Shown here piece by piece: positions 57,331-64,000 of a stretch of 64,000 nt of DNA. The notes under the pieces were generated by a model. The model made no database searches. It was not told where the DNA came from and worked only from the letters and a program-made list of their open reading frames with translations. The position numbers and the translations under genes were made by a program. Origin of the DNA: Auanema rhodensis (lineage: Eukaryota; Animalia; Nematoda); assembly GCA_964057225.1 (NCBI GenBank), contig OZ059894.1:14694001-14758000 (forward strand), given 5' to 3'. Every line of letters starts with the position of its first letter. Position 1 is the stretch's first letter.

Positions 57331-59336
57331 TTATTCAATCTTAAAAAGCTCAAGATCAATGATATTTGACTGAGTATCATTTTCTGTATTTAAATTATAC
57401 TGACGTGATTTGATATACCGATGAATTCTATGACAAATAACTTCTGAAAATAAAATATATGTATAGAATTAAAAATAAAAAAAGATTGAAATGAAAAATG
57501 AAAATAAAATTTTCAATTCACCTAAAAAAAATACACCAATACATATGGAAAAAGAAACTATGAACATAAGAAATAATTGCTCAAGATGACGTCGCAGACT
57601 TAAAGAAGTTTTTTTCGCCTGTAAGAGGGATATATCAAATTTTCAAAGAATATACATATAAAAGGTTTACCTGAATAGAAGTATCTAATGGAGGCTTTTT
57701 ATTTGCATAACCGGGTCCTAATGTTATTCGGGGAATCCCTGGTAAAACTTGCATCAATGCTACATTAAACCTGAAACATGAAAGGCTTGATCAAGAAAAA
57801 TCCTCAAATGCATGCTGACTCAGAGCATAGTTCACGGTTGTTCTGGCTAAATCCGAATGCAACATAGCTCAAAATACCAGTTGGATCTCTGAAAAGTAGT
57901 TTGCAGGTTATAGTGATTTTGAACTTGAATAATGAACCTTATGACTGTCAATTCTTCTTTCTCATCCCATATACTCACCGTTTGAGCTAAGAACTCAATA
58001 TCATACGTAGAATAGAAAACACCACCTTTCCTAAAAATATCAAAGAAATTAAAAAAGAATTGTAAAAATATTTTTATTTTACTTTATTTCAGCAATTAAA
58101 TCAGCTTCTCTAGGATGTATCACAATAGGATTATATTCGGATATTTTATCAATTCGCTTTTGATTTTTCTCATTTGATCCTTCCAACTCAATATCTACAT
58201 AGTATGTAGGATATCGTATCTTCTTTTCGAACAAATCTTACAATCGATCATAAAATAAGAAAACCTTTCTGAAATTATACCTAATAACTGTGATTGAGTC
58301 AGAAAAGGAATAGCTGGAGTAGGTGGTGCTGATAGCTTGGAGTTCATTATTGATTGATAATGACCTCTCAAAAGAACCATCGAAGCAACAAATATTGGCT
58401 GAAGTATCTGAAATTTATATGATTACTTAAGGCAAACGAAAAAAAAATAATTTGAGAAACCATTAAGGACAAAATTCTTGGTTCACTAACACGTTGTTTG
58501 AATATTATGGCAAATAACTCCTAAAATACTTAGACCAACTTGCTTATTTATGAATAAAACTTACAAAAATGCAATCACCTGCATACTGTATTCGTCTTTT
58601 ATAAATGTTTTCCATAACTATACCACTTATAATTCTAATTAATCCCACAGCAACTATAAGAATAATAATAAATAATTATATGTCAGTAGTATTTCATTAT
58701 ACTTATAGTTGTAACAAGTAAAATCCAAAATTCAGGAACAAATGGAGAAAATATGAAATTTCGAAAATCATTCTCAGGCGGTGTACTGATGATATATACT
58801 TGCTGTAAATATGCATTTATATGTACAATGCATATAAGAAGATTTAACTTGAAAATATCGAATTGGAAAAGTAAAATGAGCTCCTGTCATTCGTTCTGGA
58901 GTTATTCTCATAGATAGACCACTCATATCAATTTGGTTTGTTTTCAAAAGACCCATAATTCCACTGTAACAAGTATAACAGTAATAATGACAACTCAGAA
59001 AAATCAAATACCTGAAATTGCCGTCATCTTGTAAATTTCCAAAGTCATTAACTACACCATAAGCTGATTCAGTATCGACCTACATCAAAAACGTATTACG
59101 AGAAAAGATGAATTGGAACTAACTATCTCCCAGTTCCAGTCCAAGATTTCCATAACCATCTTGATTATGTCAATTTCAGCTCCAGGCTTAGTACATTTAC
59201 CTTTCGGCACATTTCGAAAACAGTTAAAAGCATCAGGATCATGCTCAAATACTCCAACTCGTATTGGTCTACCTAATGGTGACCTAGACATAAGATAGAG
59301 AATAACAAAAAAGAGAAAAATGTTGAAGATCCGTTC
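57331..59336 (-). CDS. Ionotropic-receptor (IR)/iGluR-like ligand-gated channel without an amino-terminal domain; 5' end uncertain
   Basis: S1: RPIRVGVFEHDP..PGAEIDIIKMVMEILDWNWEI, DGNFSGIMGLLKTNQIDMSGLSMRITPERMTGAHFTFP. M1: FIFSPFVPEFWILLVTTI. M3-like: LLRGHYQSIMNSKLSAP. S2: SYVAFGFSQNN. M4: HLEQLFLMFIVSFSICIGVFFLE. Predicted stop 57333-57331. Confidence 0.8.
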
Positions 59337-60011
59337 CTAGTACTCGTAATATTTAGTAGAGAATAAAAGTTTTTTTTTTAATAAAAAAAAATATATATAC
59401 GTAGATATATCTCTATATATATATATTAGATGAAATTGGCTATATATGAATATGATAGATAAATTTGAAAATGAAATAAAGCTTGATCATATAGGTAGGT
59501 CTTTTCACATACATATAAGTTAAGTATATTTGCATTTGTCTAAAATTACTTCTTAAGTGTAAGAGTATATATGTAAGTACTAGAAGCTTTTACAATATTT
59601 ACCAGAAAAACAATCATAAACTAATAATTCATTATAAAATGCCTAATTAGCATATTATGGCTTTTTTTCGCATTAAACGTCAATTGTCATTTAAGATTTT
59701 TGCAAACAAGCAAGCGGTTGTGCAGAATGCTCTATTCTTTTCAAACTATTATTATTTGTATGTACTATGTATATATTTAGAGCATATATAGTTATATATG
59801 CATAATTAATATGAAAACTATATGTTTGTCAAACAAGAAAATGATATATCAGCAAAATATTTATTGCGATTTGTTTAAAACATTTAATAAATGATTGCAT
59901 TGTTTCGAATATACAGAAATGGTCGTTGCTGGGCAAGAATAAAACCAAAACCGTTCACTTATGCAGACCTGAATTGAGAAACATATGAAATCTATTTTTG
60001 AAATATTTGTC

Positions 60012-60630
60012 TTACTTGGCCTTGTTGGATCCGATGAAGAAGGCGGTTCTAGCGAATGGAGAGTAAGCTGGAACAACACGAGGAGCAGCGAGAACTGGAG
60101 CAGCGGCGACTACTGGGGCGGCAGCGACGACTGGAGCAGCGGCGACAACTGGTGGGCGAACCTGAGCGAGAACTGGAGATGGAGCATATGCGAAAGCTGG
60201 TCCACGGAGTGGAGCAACTGGAGCAGCGAAGACTGGAGCTGGGGCAGCAGCAACAATTGGAGCAGGGGCAGCAGCTACAATTGGAGCAGGGGCAGGAGCG
60301 TAGACTGGAGCTGGAGCAGCAGCGAAGACTGGAGCTGGGGCAGCAGCGTAGACTGGAGCAGCGGCTACTGGAGCAGCTCCGACAGTTCCGGCAGAAGTGA
60401 CAATTGGTGCGCTAAGTACTGGGTTCTGGGCACCACTGAAGAGTGCCTGGTAGTATGGAGAGTAGCTGCTTGCTGGCCAGGCAGCAAGTTGGGCAGAGGC
60501 TACAGCCAAAAGGCAGGAGAGAACGGTACTGAAATTCATCAATAGAACTTGAAAATAAGTTGTACAAAAGGAAATGAAAACTGAAATCAGGGAGAGCAAA
60601 ATGAGAACTAAGAACTTACATGGTTTGCAT
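60012..60630 (-). CDS. Secreted Ala/Pro/Val-rich AAP-repeat (cuticlin-like) protein
   Basis: Exon 1 60630-60620 (ATGCAAACCAT|gtaagt) and exon 2 from 60528 (tttcag|) give MQTITVLSCLLAVASAQLAAWPASSYSPYYQALF..(AAAPV)n..RTAFFIGSNKAK*. TATATAA at about 60694-60688. Confidence 0.88.
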
Positions 60631-63423
60631 GTTGAAATGAGTAGTGAATGCGAAGAGCACTGTACTAATCAAAAATTCTTCCTAAGTTATATAGTGCTCC
60701 ATATGACCACGCCCCAGGTAGATTTAAGTGTGGAAAAAGAGGTAGAAAGTAGGCGGACGCGCAGGCTTTTTGTTCTGAAAGACGACGCCTGAGGCGAATG
60801 ACGACCGGACGGCGCAAATACTGCGTCAGCGGCATACAGGCAAATTTTGGATTGAATACAATTGAAAGCATCCGTGCAAGCTGTTGTGAATGAACACGGT
60901 CTTCCAAAAGTTAATCATTATTCCGTTGTAGTGTGACTCAGCAAAAATTAGAGAAATAGTTAGGAAGTCGAGATGACGTGTTAAATACATTACGCGTCTT
61001 CAGAGCAGCAGACCTGTTTGCTATTTCCTCTATTTTGGGTCGTGTACCTGAGCACAAAGCATGTTTTAAGGTGAATCAGAAACATATTAGAAGCTAAATT
61101 ATATATTTGCTCTCAGATATTTGAAGCATGAAATGCCTAATAACTTGAGTGTAATTGAAATACGTAATTTTCCGGAATGACATGTGACACATACTGCAAT
61201 CAAAACTGGGAGTCTATATCTGGTTGATAGTAAGAAAAATATTTAATATAATTCTAAGGAACAACATCTTTTTGCTAAATTCTCCTTTAAAGCTACCCTT
61301 TTACAAACGGTATACTGCAATCTATCGCATAATTCATAAAGAAAAAAACTGTGCTAATCAGCTCATTACCACCGGTTTTTCGGCTTATCGTAACAGGAAA
61401 TTTTTCTTTTTTAAACTTGATTATCACATTCATCTTCTTCTAATTCCTCGAGCACGTGAAAGAGCGTGCTCTGTTGTACACAATGTTAAGCATTTGTCTT
61501 CTTTCTTCAGAAGGATATTTGCAACAAACAGATCAGAACTGCGAACAGACAACACGGCGACGAGAATTCTGGATAGGTTTATAAGATTCTTCAGGAATTT
61601 TCGGCGCAACAACTATAATCTTCCGGTATCCGTTACTATCCCACTTTTTTCTTTATTATCTCGTCAAATACGCCAATGAATACATAGATAAACATAAGGA
61701 TCATCGTTCAACATAGTCTTCAAACTATCAGACTACGTGTGCTCGCAACGAAATCTAGATTTTTTTTTCAGATGATTCGACTGTTCAAAACCAGAAATCA
61801 AGTTAAGCAAATAGAGAGTTTAAGAACATTATAAAAAACGAAAATAGGTGTGATAATGCTGTAAAGTTTCAAATAATAAATAGCTTTTTACTCATTTTAA
61901 AATATTATTTATTTCATTTTTTTTAAATTACAACTATATATTATTAATAAATTCAACATAACATTCAACCGTTTGGCTCTGAAATTTTTACAGAAATGAT
62001 ATCCTTCGAAGTTATTATGATATATGTAGATGTTAATTGGAAAGGTGTTTTATTGGGAACAATGTAAACATATCTTTTTCGAATTTAAAAATAGTTTCTT
62101 CAGTAGATTATTGTATAATGGTCATTTCGGTGAACAAACTATATATAATATAGTAAACAAACGCATTAAATGTCTGTTTTCTTAACTATTCATGAAAGAA
62201 TTGCCTATAGGTTGCTGGACGGTTATATGCTGGATAGAAAAAGCAAATACAATGTAATACAACAGTGAAAAGTGACCGGATGAGCAGAACAACCGGAAAT
62301 GCGGTACTAAAGCATGATCGTACGTACAATAGAGCTGACATATGATACAAAATGTAAATCAAACTGTTGGATCAGCCGGAGAAAAATATTTTTGTATTGT
62401 TAAGGAATTACCTCTAGTTTTAGGAGGGATTCAAAAAAATTCCAAAAAACGATGACATCACTACAACTTGGAAAGATCAGGTTCAGCTCTCATAAATGTT
62501 TTAAACATGTTTCAATGTTTCTTAAATACTCAAAAATAAAAATTATATTATAATTATATATATTATATATATTATATATTATATAGTATATTATATATAA
62601 ATATAGTTGTATGTATAGTATACTGTAGAATTTTTATATTTTTTTTCAATTTGTGTATAAATAGTTAATTGAATATGATATATTTTATATCAAGTTTTCG
62701 ATCATCAATCATTAATTCGGAGAATCTTTATTTATTTTTGGAAGATAAGTCTAAAAAAAACATCTGAGACGAGCCGCTCGGCATTTTGCCCTCTCAAAGT
62801 CCGTGGCTGCAATATCAGGTCCACTCGAAGCCATTCCTATATGCTGCGTATTCGGCTTGTTAAAGAATGTGCAGAATAGAAATAGAAAATCAGAAAAAAC
62901 AAAAGTTGATTAGATTCGCACTAGCTCAAACGGTTTTTCTTCTGGTTGTCCAACCTCATCGAGCAAAAAGTGGTTTGTATGTTGGTTTGTAGCACATCTT
63001 CCGAGAGTTTCATGCTAAAAGAAATTGAAGAATACGAATATGCTTGTTAGAACAAAAATTCATTCCTTGTATGAGTATTCCAACTAAAAGAGAAAGGCCA
63101 TATGATTCATTTCAATTCTTAAAAAACATCTAGTGGGCGTTACCTCAATTATCTGATGCGGTAAAGAACGTATAACACACTTCGATGTCCAGATACACAA
63201 ACTTAGAACTAGAACATCAGTGTCTGATTGTTATTTCATGTTATGTATTTCTTAAAATACATGCTCGATTCCGAAAAAAACGCTATTGTTCTGTGGTCGG
63301 TATTTCAATATTGCCATCACAACTTTTTGTTTGTAGTCGCGTGCAGGATTTAGGTGCTCAATGCCTAGTCGTTGACGTCCGATTCCTACGAAAGGAAAGG
63401 CGGAGTTTGAAACTTTAGGTATC

Positions 63424-63477
63424 GTTACGTAAGAAGGTGTTATCTTCAGGAACCGGTTGCGGAATTTCCTTTATAAG
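63424..63477 (+). promoter_or_regulatory. Proximal promoter with a PAR-bZIP-type site (TTACGTAA, 63425-63432), a Grainyhead-type site (AACCGGTT, 63451-63458) and a TATA-like box
   Basis: Two perfect 8-bp palindromic consensus sites within 50 bp of the TATA-like element. Confidence 0.5.
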
Positions 63478-63540
63478 ACCGCTGGAGCAGCTGTTTGATC
63501 ATCGGTTAGCTCACCGTCCAGTACTCTTTCGTTTTCAATT

Positions 63541-64000
63541 ATGATTTCCTCCGGACTGTAAGTTATTCACTTTATAAAAATATACTATATTGAATCATTT
63601 AGTGTAATTCTTGCTCTTACTACTATTTCATCTGCTCAAATTGCTGTGAATGGCCCATTCTATGGAAGATACTATGCTCAGGCTAAGCCCGTTCTTACTC
63701 CTGGACTTGCCCCAGTAGCTGCTCCAGTTTTTGCGGCTCCAGCTCCTCTTATGGCTCCAGCTCCAGCTCCCGTCTTTGCTGCTCCAGCCCCACCTCCAAT
63801 GCTTGCTGCTCCAGGTACACATATTTGTCCCTTATACATATACCATTTTTAAAATTAATATTCTCTTTTAGCTGTTCCAGTTGCTCGCCCAGTTCTCGCT
63901 GCCCCAGCCCCAGTTCTTGCTGCTCCAGCTGTTCCAGTAGCCCGTCCAATGTTCGCTGCTCCACCTCCAGTAGCTCCAATGGTTGCTGCTGCTCCCGCTC
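63541..64000 (+). CDS. Secreted AAP-repeat (cuticlin-like) protein, truncated by the window end
   Basis: Exons 63541-63557, 63603-63814 and 63872 onward give MISSGLVILALTTISSAQIAVNGPFYGRYYAQAKPVLTPGLAPVAAPVFAAPAP...AVPVARPVLAAPAPVLAAP. TATA-like TTTATAAG at 63470-63477. Confidence 0.88.

Noticed and set aside
59985-60545. Plus-strand Trp/Ser-rich 186-aa and Gln/Glu-rich 114-aa ORFs (also 63628-63979 on minus)
   Set aside because: Antisense shadows of repetitive GCT/CCA codons in the AAP-repeat genes; the opposite strand has the signal peptide and splice sites.

Overview
Eukaryotic, AT-rich, intron-dense nuclear DNA from a rhabditid (clade V) nematode. Most introns are about 40-60 nt, so the supplied ORF track shows only exon fragments. 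I spliced the gene models by eye. In order: 3' part of unc-112/kindlin (+); npp-15/Nup133 (+); syx-18/syntaxin-18 (-) and snb-1/synaptobrevin (-) in an operon-like arrangement; an uncharacterised 4-TM protein (+); ric-4/SNAP-25 (+) with two alternative first exons; akt-1 (-) with a pair of mutually exclusive kinase exons; a GT31 galactosyltransferase (+); an ACP7-like purple acid phosphatase (-); two copies of the 22-aa ribosomal protein L41 gene inside a 789-bp-arm inverted repeat; a ground-like (hedgehog-related) gene (-); an ionotropic-receptor-like gene (-); and a head-to-head pair of secreted AAP-repeat cuticle-like genes. Three observations stand out: (1) a candidate docking-site/competing-selector RNA pairing system around the akt-1 mutually exclusive exons; (2) the rpl-41 palindrome; (3) a possible six-exon 62-codon upstream ORF in the snb-1 leader. 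Orthology calls rest on my recognition of protein motifs, not on database searches.
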